A DNA stretch of 63,484 bases, filler included, from Octopus bimaculoides (lineage: Eukaryota): assembly GCF_001194135.2 (NCBI RefSeq). It is 6 parts of 5 records of this genome, joined end to end, with 100 filler letters (N's around TTAATTAATTAA, not from the genome) between each part and the next. Parts side by side here need not be neighbours in the genome. Positions count along the whole stretch, not along the records: positions 10,078 to 20,559 come from NC_068983.1; positions 20,660 to 25,783 come from NW_026407190.1; 4 more parts are not named here. One strand, 5' to 3'. Shown one piece after another: positions 12,940 to 25,783 of this stretch. Below the pieces are notes generated by a model, which was not told the DNA's origin, did not search any database, and saw only the letters and a program-made list of their open reading frames with translations. The position numbers were made by a program, and so were the translations under genes. The first letter of the stretch is position 1, and every line of letters begins with the position of its first letter.

Positions 12940-12941
<2 letters not shown>
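12776..12941 (+). mobile_element. SINE family A, 5' half (remainder in gap)
   Basis: GGCGTGGTAATGTGGTAAGAATCTTGC..ACCTTGGGCAAGTATCTTCTACTATAGCC..GAAAGAAGCCCGTC. Confidence 0.85.
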
Positions 12942-12977
<36 letters not shown>

Positions 12978-13515
12978 NNNNNNNNNNNNNNNNNNNNNNN
13001 NNNNNNNNNNNNNNNNNNNNNNNNNNNNNNNNNNNNNNNNNNNNNNNNNNNNNNNNNNNNNNNNNNNNNNNNNNNNNNNNNNNNNNNNNNNNNNNNNNNN
13101 NNNNNNNNNNNNNNNNNNNNNNNNNNNNNNNNNNNNNNNNNNNNNNNNNNNNNNNNNNNNNNNNNNNNNNNNNNNNNNNNNNNNNNNNNNNNNNNNNNNN
13201 NNNNNNNNNNNNNNNNNNNNNNNNNNNNNNNNNNNNNNNNNNNNNNNNNNNNNNNNNNNNNNNNNNNNNNNNNNNNNNNNNNNNNNNNNNNNNNNNNNNN
13301 NNNNNNNNNNNNNNNNNNNNNNNNNNNNNNNNNNNNNNNNNNNNNNNNNNNNNNNNNNNNNNNNNNNNNNATATATATATATATATATATATATAATCAG
13401 AAAATGGAGAAAACCTCAGATCAACAACCAAATCAATTCGACCACATCTAAAGCTTATTATCTAATACAAAACATGAAACATGACATAACATTTATGTGC
13501 CATAACAGTTCTTAC

Positions 13516-13546
13516 GGCCGTTTCCGCTTCCGATGCCAGTGAGTGC
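13516..13546 (-). CDS. Candidate exon 4 (C-THWHRKRKR-P)
   Basis: Acceptor ttattttcgaattactttgtag|, donor CC|gtaaga, 31 nt GC-rich. The phase-1 join with exon 3 creates TGC (Cys); exit is phase 2. Confidence 0.5.
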
Positions 13547-14481
13547 CTACAAAGTAATTCGAAAATAATATTCTTCAGCTTCATAGGACATTCGAACTAA
13601 AACACAGAGCTTCATCAGAGTGAGTAAAAAAGCGTTCAAAATAAACAAAATGAAGAGGGAATAGGAAAGAAAACATGGCCTAGAGAAGAAGTCTGGAAGC
13701 CCAATATATTGAAAGCATACAATCTTCCATTATAGGGCTTCGAAGACCGTAGGTAAAAGAGTGAGCTAGCAATAGTCTAGGGAAAAAATTTTCGGATTAT
13801 TTCGATATAAAGGGAAAAACCAATATGTTTTAAAAATTGTGAAAAGAAATTAGCAAAACAACAGCAAAAAAATACAAGAAAATTACTAACATGTCTATAA
13901 AAGCGCATTACCTATGCTAATGTAAATAACTCGATTTGATATTTATCCAAAACTTTACCGTAGGGTTCTTGTGATAGTCTACTTACAGAAATATTACAGA
14001 GAGCACCACCTATTGTCCACAATGGGACCGGTCTAAATCCAGCGATCTCTGCAACTGGTCGATTATATTTGAACCGAGGACATAAGTTAGAACCGTTTCA
14101 ATGGATATGTAAGTGAAAAAGAAAAATAAGCAAATAAGTAAAGGGTGTGAAAACTATGATATAAGTGGTACGAGGCCGCTTATGTCCTTCTGCAGCTTCT
14201 CGGCATAACATAAATATACAGATATGTTTTCCCTTAGTCGGTTATTGCAACCGCTAACTCTGCTTACCTTATANNNNNNNNNNGATATATGTATGTATGT
14301 ATGTATGTCTGTATGCATGTATGTATATATGTATGTTTGTATGTATGTGTACTTATGTGTGTGTGTGTGTGCGTGGTGTATATATCTATATACATGCAAA
14401 TAAATAAATAAGGAAACGATGGATGCGTGTCACTTCTTTACAGCTGTTTCCAGTGGATTTCTTTAATAGATTAATGAGTTG

Positions 14482-14512
<31 letters not shown>

Positions 14513-14519
14513 TTGTTTG

Positions 14520-14569
<50 letters not shown>

Positions 14570-14641
14570 TATATAGATATATATATGTTATTAAGGATTC
14601 AAAGGAATCAGGTACTTAAATGATAGGCATGTATCTATGTA

Positions 14642-15325
14642 TTGGTTCATCCCATAAATAATGCGGTTTTTTCAATTGCTTGAACTAGAAGTCGAAAAGG
14701 GACGGTATAAACTACCTGCATCAACTTGCTATAAAAGTAGGTAGTAATTTTACTTGACTTAGTGCGAGTTTTGAAGAGTGCAGTTCAATTCTAAGTTATT
14801 TTTTCAAAGCTATAATGGAAGTGACAAAGGAGCAAATTCGGCATGTTTTGCTTTATGAGTTCAATAAAGGCAACAACGCAACGGAAAGCTATAGGAATGG
14901 GGGTTTGACAATAAGCGTAAGCCAGTGTCAACAGTGGTTCTAGAAATTCCGAGCGGGAAACTACAGCCTAGAAGACGAGCCACGTCCTGGGAGACCTGTA
15001 GAGCTCGACAAGGAGGTCCTGCAAACCCTTGTGATACAAAATCCCATCGTAACTACTGAGGAACTAACAAAAAAGCTTGGATTTGGTCATTCAACTATTC
15101 ATCGAAATCTTCGTGCCATCGGAAAAAAACTCCATCTTTGGTTTCAAGACTAAAGTTGGTCTATCATCAGGATAATGCTTGGCCACATACAGCGAGGATG
15201 CCATTCGAAAGACTGGAGCAGTCAAGAATGGGAAACGATGTTCCACCCACCGTATTCGCCGGACATTACCCCATCTGATTATTATCATTTCTTCCATAGT
15301 CTTCAAAATCATTTGGATGGAAAAA
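14642..15325 (+). mobile_element. Internally deleted mariner (Hsmar/SETMAR-like) with 5' TIR
   Basis: TA|TTGGTTCATCCCATAAATAATGCGGTTTTTT TIR. ATG at 14815: MEVTKEQIRHVLLYEFNKGNNATE..SLEDEPRPGRP..IGK, then a jump to YHQDNAWPH..HPPYSPDITPSDY. Confidence 0.9.
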
Positions 15326-17328
15326 TACGAATTTTGTAGACTCTTTCGCTCCAACTTTCTCTCACTCTTTCTTTCTGTTTCTTGAGTAACGCTGCTATGG
15401 ACTGGCGTACCGTCCAGCTGNNNNNNNNNNNNNNNNNNNNNNNNNNNNNNNNNNNNNNNNNNNNNNNNNNNNNNNNNNNNNNNNNNNNNNNNNNNNNNNN
15501 NNNNNNNNNNNNNNNNNNNNNNNNNNNNNNNNNNNNNNNNNNNNNNNNNNNNNNNNNNNNNNNNNNNNNNNNNNNNNNNNNNNNNNNNNNNNNNNNNNNN
15601 NNNNNNNNNNNNNNNNNNNNNNNNNNNNNNNNNNNNNNNNNNNNNNNNNNNNNNNNNNNNNNNNNNNNNNNNNNNNNNNNNNNNNNNNNNNNNNNNNNNN
15701 NNNNNNNNNNNNNNNNNNNNNNNNNNNNNNNNNNNNNNNNNNNNNNNNNNNNNNNNNNNNNNNNNNNNNNNNNNNNNNNNNNNNNNNNNNNNNNNNNNNN
15801 NNNNNNNNNNNNNNNNNNNNNNNNNNNNNNNNNNNNNNNNNNNNNNNNNNNNNNNNNNNNNNNNNNNNNNNNNNNNNNNNNNNNNNNNNNNNNNNNNNNN
15901 NNNNNNNNNNNNNNNNNNNNNNNNNNNNNNNNNNNNNNNNNNNNNNNNNNNNNNNNNNNNNNNNNNNNNNNNNNNNNNNNNNNNNNNNNNNNNNNNNNNN
16001 NNNNNNNNNNNNNNNNNNNNNNNNNNNNNNNNNNNNNNNNNNNNNNNNNNNNNNNNNNNNNNNNNNNNNNNNNNNNNNNNNNNNNNNNNNNNNNNNNNNN
16101 NNNNNNNNNNNNNNNNNNNNNNNNNNNNNNNNNNNNNNNNNNNNNNNNNNNNNNNNNNNNNNNNNNNNNNNNNNNNNNNNNNNNNNNNNNNNNNNNNNNN
16201 NNNNNNNNNNNNNNNNNNNNNNNNNNNNNNNNNNNNNNNNNNNNNNNNNNNNNNNNNNNNNNNNNNNNNNNNNNNNNNNNNNNNNNNNNNNNNNNNNNNN
16301 NNNNNNNNNNNNNNNNNNNNNNNNNNNNNNNNNNNNNNNNNNNNNNNNNNNNGATAGATAGATAGAAAGATAGATAGATAGATTTATATATGTATGTATG
16401 TTTGTATGTATGTATGTATGAATTCATGTATTCATATATATTTCTATCCTTAATCTGTATGTGTGTGTGTGTGTGTAAACATTTCTACAGATACGTTCAG
16501 TGTGATGATCAAATACGAAAATAAACTTTAAAAACAGCACCCCACAAAAACAGGGAAGCAGTTATACAGTATGTAAACTTGTGACGATGACGTTGGTGGT
16601 GGTGGTGATGGTGGTGGTAGTGGTGGTGGTGGTGGTGGTGGTGCGTGTGGATTTGATGTAATTCAGACTGACATGGCAGTGAACGAAAATAAACAACAAC
16701 AACAACGAAACTATACGACTAATACAAGCACCGTTATTCGCCAATTCACTAAGCTGTTAGTCCGTGTTAAAACGGAAAGTAATACCAACAGGAAAGAGAA
16801 AATATTGTCTTCTGAAAAGAAAAAAACAGGGTAAGTGTACATATAGATGTATAGAGTACAGCCCACCCTCCTCTCGTTTTATTTTCAGTACCGACCGCCC
16901 CTAATGGGATAAACGGACCTACTGACATGAGAATGCTACTGATAGAACAGATAGGATCATGGGAGTGTGGGTGGGAGTAGAGGTGGAGCAATGGGTGGGG
17001 TATTATAAAGGGGGCCTTAGAAAGAGTCGTAATGTAGTACAAAAGTTTAAATAACTGATGCTGTTCTATACACATACATACACATATATACATAAGAAAA
17101 AGACATGACACAAGGAAAACAATGGTTATAGTATGAACTTTATTTGCTTATAGCGGTTTCTGCTATAGGATGCAGGGGACCCTTAGTTAAGTGCCTGAAT
17201 AACATCCTTTAATTTCATCGGAGCCTACAATATGAAGTGCAATTTATTTGAGAAAAAAGGTTTGTATAGGCCCAGGTGAGGCTGTGTGATAAGAAGCTTG
17301 CTTCCCAAACACACGGTTCCATACATAC

Positions 17329-17368
<40 letters not shown>

Positions 17369-18225
17369 NNNNNNNNNNNNNNNNNNNNNNNNNNNNNNNN
17401 NNNNNNNNNNNNNNNNNNNNNNNNNNNNNNNNNNNNNNNNNNNNNNNNNNNNNNNNNNNNNNNNNNNNNNNNNNNNNNNNNNNNNNNNNNNNNNNNNNNN
17501 NNNNNNNNNNNNNNNNNNNNNNNNNNNNNNNNNNNNNNNNNNNNNNNNNNNNNNNNNNNNNNNNNNNNNNNNNNNNNNNNNNNNNNNNNNNNNNNNNNNN
17601 NNNNNNNNNNNNNNNNNNNNNNNNNNNNNNNNNNNNNNNNNNNNNNNNNNNNNNNNNNNNNNNNNNNNNNNNNNNNNNNNNNNNNNNNNNNNNNNNNNNN
17701 NNNNNNNNNNNNNNNNNNNNNNNNNNNNNNNNNNNNNNNNNNNNNNNNNNNNNNNNNNNNNNNNNNNNNNNNNNNNNNNNNNNNNNNNNNNNNNNNNNNN
17801 NNNNNNNNNNNNNNNNNNNNNNNNNNNNNNNNNNNNNNNNNNNNNNNNNNNNNNNNNNNNNNNNNNNNNNNNNNNNNNNNNNNNNNNNNNNNNNNNNNNN
17901 NNNNNNNNNNNNNNNNNNNNNNNNNNNNNNNNNNNNNNNNNNNNNNNNNNNNNNNNNNNNNNNNNNNNNNNNNNNNNNNNNNNNNNNNNNNNNNNNNNNN
18001 NNNNNNNNNNNNNNNNNNNNNNNNNNNNNNNNNNNNNNNNNNNNNNNNNNNNNNNNNNNNNNNNNNNNNNNNNNNNNNNNNNNNNNNNNNNNNNNNNNNN
18101 NNNNNNNNNNNNNNNNNNNNNNNNNNNNNNNNNNNNNNNNNNNNNNNNNNNNNNNNNNNNNNNNNNNNNNNNNNNNNNNNNNNNNNNNNNNNNNNNNNNN
18201 NNNNNNNNNNNNNNNNNNNNNNNNA

Positions 18226-18412
18226 AAAGGTTCTTCTCTCTATCTGGTGGGATTGCATAGGAGTAATTCACTTTGAATTGTTACCACCTAATGCAACAAT
18301 CAATGCTCAAGTCTACTGTCAGCAATTAGAGCGTTTGAACCAAGCTTTGAAAAAAAAATAGACCTGCTTTAATGAATCGAAAAGGAGTGATGTTTCATCA
18401 GGACAATGCGAA
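18226..18412 (+). mobile_element. Mariner transposase central fragment
   Basis: KVLLSIWWDCIGVIHFELLPPNATINAQVYCQQLERL..PALMNRKGVMFHQDNA. Confidence 0.9.
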
Positions 18413-18700
18413 CTTTGAGCTGCATTTTCATCTTGGAGAAGAGATGGAAGTCTACAGATGCTAAATCTGGTGAATAGGGCAGGTGCAGAAGCGACACAGT
18501 GATGTTTTTGGCGAGAAACGTTCGATTGAGGGGATCTCGGTGACAGGGTGCATTGTCATCATAAAGAATCCAATTCTTCGTAGGATTACCTGCACGGACC
18601 AATATGACAGACCAGCAACATCAGGAATGTCATTGATTGTCCTCCGACGATCCTCATGCACAAGCTGATGAATTTTCTCCATATTACCGGGCGTGACTCT
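18413..18700 (-). mobile_element. Second mariner fragment in opposite orientation, internally deleted
   Basis: EKIHQLVHEDRRRTINDI.. joined to WILYDDNAPCH..HLPYSPDLASVDFHLF. Confidence 0.85.
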
Positions 18701-18929
18701 CGTTATTTTCCTTTTTTTATATTTTGAACAGTTGAAACGAACAAGATTAACATGGCCTCACTGAAAGATGCTTTCGCAGTCCCGTTGATGGAATTAATGC
18801 GAGTTTGGCGTGTAGTGTTTATTTTGCATTTGAATGATGCATGGTTGGAGATGTGGAAGGAATATCATCTGCGTAAGTATAGGCTTTGTAGGGTGTGATG
18901 ATAAATAGGCCATTAATGTACAGGAGGGA

Positions 18930-19260
18930 GACAGAACCGAAGCTGGTGTGCGCAAGAGTTGATTAAGTGTAGAACAGAAAGAGATCCATCAGCAAACACC
19001 GCGATTGTACGGCCTCATAAGGAAGATAACCGGTCCATGAGATGAGAAACGGATGGAGCCCGTAACCGGAAAGCGCCGATATGTACTTCGTATTCTAGAT
19101 ATGGTCGAAAGCTTTGCTAATGTTTAAGGCAAGAAACCTGCTTTGAACGAATTCTCTAGGCTGAAAGCCCACTTGGAGATAACGTAAGAGGAGAGGCTTC
19201 TAGTAGATCTGAATTTATGCAAGGTATACAGGTGGTAATGGAAGAAAGAGAGTCAATCTA
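18930..19260 (+). mobile_element. Possible highly decayed L1/Tx1 ORF2 3' end
   Basis: Frameshifted RLKAHLEIT*EERLL / SRSEFMQGIQVV resembles the end of the 34880-35330 fragment. Confidence 0.3.
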
Positions 19261-19514
19261 TTGGAGAACGTCACTTTTAAAGGATGCATCCAATACCTTC
19301 AGTATTTTTCACAATTATTTCGGGCATAAGAATGGCTGCGTAGTTTTTATCGGTTCGGCAAAAGAACCGAACCGATAGGATAAATACCAGACTTCAAAAA
19401 AGAAACAAATTTCCTGTCTAATGATCTAAATCCTTCGAGGCGATGTTACAGCATGGGCGCAATCTACGAATTACTGCTAATAAATGTGTATGTGCTCTCA
19501 AGAAATGTACTCCT

Positions 19515-19728
19515 TATATTTGTTGGTTTCTAATTTTAGCACAAGGCCAGCAGTTTTTTTGGGAGAAAGGCTAAGTCGATTGAATCTACCCCAATGCTCG
19601 TTGCGAATTCGGAAAGATGAAAGGCGAAGTCAATCCCGGCGGAATTTGAACTCTGAACGTAAGGACGGACGAAATGCCGCTAAGTATTGTAACCAGCATG
19701 CTAACGATTCCGCCAGCTCGCCGCCTTG
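19515..19728 (-). mobile_element. SINE family B
   Basis: GGAATTTGAACTCTGAACG..GATTCCGCCAGCTCGCCGCC, homologous to 6270-6507. Confidence 0.85.
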
Positions 19729-19812
19729 CTTCGAATTTTATTCTGTAGAATGAATTCGTTCGCTCTATGGTCTCTTACATAATTTCTTTTCTCGTATATT
19801 ACTGCACTTTAT

Positions 19813-20173
19813 GTGGAGGCGCAATGGCCCAGTGGTTAGGGCAGCGGTTTCGATTCCCAGACCAGGCGTTGTGAGTGTTTATTGAGCGAAAACACCTAAA
19901 AGCTCCACGAGGCTCCGGCAGGGGATGGTGGCGAACCCTGCTGTACTCTTTCAGCACAACTTTCTCTCACTCTTTCTTCCTGTTTCTGTTGTACCTGTAT
20001 TTCAAAGGGCCAGCCTTGTCACACTGTGTCACGCTGAATATCCCCGAGAACTACGTTAAGGGTACACGTGTCTGTGGAGTGCTCAGCCACTTGCACGTTA
20101 ATGTCACGAGCAGGCTGTTCCGTTCATCGGATCAACTGGAACCCTCGACGTCATAAGCGACGGAGTGCCAACA
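19813..20173 (+). mobile_element. SINE family C, CpG-rich, with 12-bp TSD
   Basis: GTGGAGGCGCAATGGCCCAGTGG head; TSD ACTGC(A/G)CTTTAT at 19801-19812 and 20174-20185. A related fragment lies at ~15335-15420. Confidence 0.85.
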
Positions 20174-20515
20174 ACTGCGCTTTATATTAATGAGAGCCAA
20201 TTAGGTTGAAACCGCGATCGTTCTCATGACCTGCGTGTCGTCTTTAAGAACTATAACCACAATATAAGCCAAGCTAATTTTATATATGTTCCTTTATAAA
20301 GATAGTTGTAGCAGGAGTTTGGGATTCATTCATTACTACAACTACTAATGTTGAAAGCGTATTGTGTAAGTGGGAGAGAAAACGAACCAGATGTACAAGT
20401 GTCGTATGTGAGCGAGATACAACAGTAGGGGACTGGATGGTAGGAGTGGGAGTAGTGAGAGATGAAAGAAATGAGTGGTGATGGACGTTGGCGGGTGGTA
20501 AAAAGATGAGTGATC

Positions 20516-20559
<44 letters not shown>

Positions 20560-20659
20560 NNNNNNNNNNNNNNNNNNNNNNNNNNNNNNNNNNNNNNNNN
20601 NNNTTAATTAATTAANNNNNNNNNNNNNNNNNNNNNNNNNNNNNNNNNNNNNNNNNNNN

Positions 20660-20719
<60 letters not shown>

Positions 20720-21109
20720 GATATAGTTAGATAGATAGACATAGATAAATAGATTGATAGATAGGCAATTAACAGGCACTCAAGCACACTTACACATACA
20801 CAAAATGCACTCCCCCAACATCACACACACACACACACACACAGATATACAGTCGTAACAGTCATATAGAAAATAGGCAATGATGATGATGACGACGATG
20901 ACGATAATCGTTGCAGTAGCGTCCTCAAGGATGGAGGGACAAAATAGCTCGAGATTCATAAAGAACCAGTCAGTCACAAACAAATCAGTCGGAGATAAAA
21001 CGAAAGACAAACACACGCGCGCGCTCTCACCACACAAACGCTCATAGATATACATACTTATACATACACACACACATATATATATATATACATGCACACA
21101 CATACATAC

Positions 21110-21202
21110 ACTCTTTGACAGTCGGACATGTGGACAGACAGCTCTGGTAGCTGGCGTGACCTTTTTCTAAAGGAGCCATGTTCTTGCAGTAAGTGTCGTC
21201 TG
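21110..21202 (-). CDS. Candidate exon 3 (DDTYCKNMAPLEKGHASYQSCLSTCPTVKE)
   Basis: Strong acceptor ttttccggtttttttattcattcag|, donor GT|gtatgt, 93 nt, symmetric phase 1-1, GC-richer island between microsatellites. Confidence 0.55.
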
Positions 21203-21417
21203 CTGAATGAATAAAAAAACCGGAAAACTTCTTTATAAAAACCAACATTAATGGCAAAGCTTGGATGGATTCTGTTGGTTCCTAATACAATGCGGAATAT
21301 CTTGGCATCGCGTTCAACGTTCGGTTATCGTGTTATGATGTCTTTTGTGTGTGTGTGTGTGCACACGTGTGTGTCTGTGTTCTTGTGTGTGTGCCTGTGT
21401 GTTTATGTTTCTATGTC

Positions 21418-21461
<44 letters not shown>

Positions 21462-21854
21462 CATATATACACACATACATATATATATGTATATATAAAT
21501 ATATAGACTAATATATCTGTGTGTATATATATAATATATATGTATAAATATATATATATATACATAGGTACATATGTTTTATTTATGTTCCTTTTATGAG
21601 ACCCTCTTAATATATCTGTTCATTTGAATGTCTTTTGTGTATATATATATATGACATAATGTGTCTATATATATATATATATATATATTCACGTATAGAT
21701 ATATGCATATATGTGTGTCTGTAAGCTGCATAGAAAAAGTTTGGTAGGTACATAGAGAGAGAAAGGCAATTAGACAGGCAGAGATGTAGAAAAGGTTTTC
21801 TTGTGCACATATACATACATATATATTCACATATATATATTTATAAGTATACGA

Positions 21855-21894
<40 letters not shown>

Positions 21895-22838
21895 NNNNNN
21901 NNNNNNNNNNNNNNNNNNNNNNNNNNNNNNNNNNNNNNNNNNNNNNNNNNNNNNNNNNNNNNNNNNNNNNNNNNNNNNNNNNNNNNNNNNNNNNNNNNNN
22001 NNNNNNNNNNNNNNNNNNNNNNNNNNNNNNNNNNNNNNNNNNNNNNNNNNNNNNNNNNNNNNNNNNNNNNNNNNNNNNNNNNNNNNNNNNNNNNNNNNNN
22101 NNNNNNNNNNNNNNNNNNNNNNNNNNNNNNNNNNNNNNNNNNNNNNNNNNNNNNNNNNNNNNNNNNNNNNNNNNNNNNNNNNNNNNNNNNNNNNNNNNNN
22201 NNNNNNNNNNNNNNNNNNNNNNNNNNNNNNNNNNNNNNNNNNNNNNNNNNNNNNNNNNNNNNNNNNNNNNNNNNNNNNNNNNNNNNNNNNNNNNNNNNNN
22301 NNNNNNNNNNNNNNNNNNNNNNNNNNNNNNNNNNNNNNNNNNNNNNNNNNNNNNNNNNNNNNNNNNNNNNNNNNNNNNNNNNNNNNNNNNNNNNNNNNNN
22401 NNNNNNNNNNNNNNNNNNNNNNNNNNNNNNNNNNNNNNNNNNNNNNNNNNNNNNNNNNNNNNNNNNNNNNNNNNNNNNNNNNNNNNNNNNNNNNNNNNNN
22501 NNNNNNNNNNNNNNNNNNNNNNNNNNNNNNNNNNNNNNNNNNNNNNNNNNNNNNNNNNNNNNNNNNNNNNNNNNNNNNNNNNNNNNNNNNNNNNNNNNNN
22601 NNNNNNNNNNNNNNNNNNNNNNNNNNNNNNNNNNNNNNNNNNNNNNNNNNNNNNNNNNNNNNNNNNNNNNNNNNNNNNNNNNNNNNNNNNNNNNNNNNNN
22701 NNNNNNNNNNNNNNNNNNNNNNNNNNNNNNNNNNNNNNNNNNNNNNNNNNNNNNNNNNNNNNNNNNNNNNNNNNNNNNNNNNNNNNNNNNNNNNNNNNNN
22801 NNNNNNNNNNNNNNNNNNNNNNNNNNNNNNNNNNNNNN

Positions 22839-22870
<32 letters not shown>

Positions 22871-22974
22871 CATACAATACCCATTGCTCAATCATATTAC
22901 TTTATCACTGATTGACAGGTCCCTTAACCCCTTAGCAGTCGTTGGGGTACTGCAGGCATACAGCGTATCTAGGG

Positions 22975-23175
22975 CAAGAAAGCCTGGTGGTGCTCATCCC
23001 TATCCAGGCTAAATTCATTTCTATAGTTGAGTGGACTGGATCAATGTGAAATGAAGTGCCTTGCTCAAGAAGACAGAGGATTACCCCGTACAGGGATCAA
23101 AACCACAATCTTACAATCATGAGTCCAACACCCTAATCACAAAGCCCCGTGCCTCCACATATCACTCATACCTCC
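22975..23175 (-). mobile_element. Degenerate tRNA-derived SINE (GAGCAAGGCACTTCATTTC core)
   Basis: Minus strand TGGAGGCACGGGGCTTTGTGATTAGGGTGTTGGACTC..TTTGATCCC. Confidence 0.6.
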
Positions 23176-23504
23176 CTGCAAAACATATTATCTCTCCAGC
23201 CTATGCATTGCCTCCCCATCATTTTTCATTTGATCCCTCACTAAGTCCATCTACAAGATGCTGTTTGTCCATCGCCATCACTCTTCTTGTGCCTGACTTC
23301 TCTCCTCCATCAGTCTCTTCACTCACTTCAAGCATCACTCTGTCATTCACCTCATTCTTTTAAATTTGTTTATGGGAAACGTGTTGAATATAGAAATAAA
23401 GCTCCTATTCCATTATGCTGGCTACAGTCTATCAATACTGACTGGTGGACCAGTTATTTTGGGGCAGCATTGAGCAGTACCAATATAATATAGGATAAAT
23501 ATAA

Positions 23505-23505
23505 T

Positions 23506-23536
<31 letters not shown>

Positions 23537-24045
23537 GTTTAACGCCCGCTCTCCATGCTAGCATGGGTTGGACAATTTGACTGAGGACTGGTGAAACCAG
23601 ATGGCTACACCAGGTTCCAATCTGATTTGGCAGAGTTTCTACAGCTGGATGCCCTTCCTAACGCCAACCACTCCGAGAGTGTAGTGGGTGCTTTTTACGT
23701 GTCACCGGCACGAAGGCCAGTCAGGCGGTACTGGCAACGGCCATGCTCGAAATGGTGTATTTTATGTGCCACCTGCACAAGAGCCAGTCCAGGGGCACTG
23801 GTAACGATCTCTCTCGAAAGTCCTTACACATGTTGAGGGCACAAGTGCCAGAAAGGCGACGCTGGGCACAGGTGCCATCACGATTTCGCTTGCCCCAACA
23901 GGTCTTCGCAAGCCAAGTTTCGTGTCCAATGAAGGAGACGCCGTTGGCATGGGTGCCAGTCGTCGAATTTAGTTCGATTTCGATTTCCCTTGCCTCAACA
24001 GGTTTTCGCAAGCGGAGTTTAGTGTCCAATGAAGGAAAGGTATGC
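23505..24045 (-). mobile_element. RTE LINE 3' UTR with (GAT)n tail
   Basis: Same UTR is attached to RTE coding sequence at 40942-41530; (CAT)n at the left end; contains an internal ~55-bp duplication. Confidence 0.8.
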
Positions 24046-24399
24046 ATAATAATAATAACAATAATCCTTGGATGGAATTTATTAATATTTTAATGCATCA
24101 CTGCATGCGTTTCCACAAGTTACATGTCTTTTAAGATCACAGTCCATATTCCTGAGATGATTTCAGTAATCACATACATAGTAATGGGTAAGTACAGTCC
24201 AGAGATCCAAATGTAGGGAGTTAGTAAAGTTTGAGCATCTATACAGCTTGAACAGAGAGACGATACACGATAAAACAAGTTTATTAACAGTGTATGTTAT
24301 TCACTTTGTCCCATATTGAAATTAAAAGAAATACATTGTTGCCCAAATGATGTTGGCATCACCTTTAAGATACACCCAAGACTTGAACCCCGTGCTATC

Positions 24400-24712
24400 C
24401 AGCCACAACATAAATCATACTCACATCTCATATCAATATGGTACAATTATTTCACCTCAATTGGCCCCACTCTCGTTAACATTACACTAAATAAAACACA
24501 TTGAAGCTGAAACAGACTCCATAAAGTTCAAGAAGTCTTTGGACAAATTCCTTCAAGAAATCTTGGATACACCTCCTGCAGCCAGATATGTCTCCATAAG
24601 CAATAACTCTCTACTTGTGTGGGCCATGTTGTCCAATTCCTGATTTGAATGACTTTGCCAGGTGGTGCTATTAAGTTAGACATGGTCTGGGCCAATACTG
24701 GCCGAAACCTAT
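24400..24712 (+). mobile_element. CR1/jockey-group LINE 3' end (clade unassigned)
   Basis: [38 protein letters not shown]; the 3' UTR matches the minus-strand copy at 46890-47200. Confidence 0.6.
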
Positions 24713-24724
24713 CAAAGTAAAGTA

Positions 24725-25265
24725 TATATACATGCATACACACATGCACACACACACACCCACACACACATATATATACATATATATACATATATGTATA
24801 AATGTATATATATATGTATATATATATATATATATACACATATATATGTGTATGTACATATATATATATATATATATGTGTGTGTATGTGTGTGTGTGTG
24901 TGTATATACATATGTACATATATATATATATATGTATATATATATGTGTGTTGTATATGTATATATATACATATATGTTATATATATACTTACATATATA
25001 CATATATATATATATAGATATGTATATATGTATGCGTATGTGTGTGTAAGATATATATATACATACATATATATATATATATATATAAATATACAAACAT
25101 ACATGCATATATGTACATATACATATATATAATGTATATAATGTACTTACACACACACACACATATATGCATATACATGTGTGTGTGCATGTATACATAT
25201 ATATATATATATGAATGTATGTATGTATACATACGTATGTGTGTGTGTGTGTATGTGTGTGTTTT
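24725..25265. repeat. Compound (TA)n/(CA)n/(TG)n microsatellite field
   Basis: Read directly; source of many spurious YIYI/HTHT ORFs. Confidence 0.95.
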
Positions 25266-25544
25266 GCAAATGTAATGAATAAAAAGTGAAAAGACAGCAC
25301 AGGAGGGACATGTTTTAAACAAATATTGTATTAGTTTAACACTTAAAAAGGAAGGGAAAAAAATCGAGTTTAACATTTCTGATGCTAGTCCTTCATCAAA
25401 AGCGAGGTATAGAAGAAAAGTAGAGGAGGAGATTGAAAGGGGAGAAGTGGTTGAGTAGAGAGAGAGAGGGAGAGAGGGAGAGAGAGGGGGGGACAGAAAG
25501 AGGGAGAGAGAGAGAGAGAGAGAAAAAGAATAGCAGGAAGTGAC

Positions 25545-25783
25545 ATGATGATGATGATGATGATAGTGGTGGTGGTGGTGGAAATGAAGGTGGTAGTAAT
25601 AATGAGAGATTTTGATGAGGATAACGATGGTGATGATGTTGGTGGTTGTGAGGATGATGTTGACTGTGGTGGTGGTGGTGGTGAGGATGGTGCTGGTGGA
25701 AGTGGTGGTGGCAGTGATGATGCTGGTGGTGGCGGTGGTGGTAGTGGTGGTGGTGGAGGTAGTGGAAGTGGTGGTGGTGGTGG
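25545..25783. repeat. (GAT)n/(GGT)n triplet repeat
   Basis: Read directly; runs into a gap. Confidence 0.9.

Noticed and set aside
13580-13625. CTGATGA..CGAATGTC on the minus strand; similar CTGATGA plus stem at ~38335-38372
   Set aside because: GAAA box and/or stem I are missing.
15309-22915. Long ORFs of 300-430 aa in the ORF track (also 58505-59905)
   Set aside because: They consist almost entirely of X from N gaps plus (TA)n.
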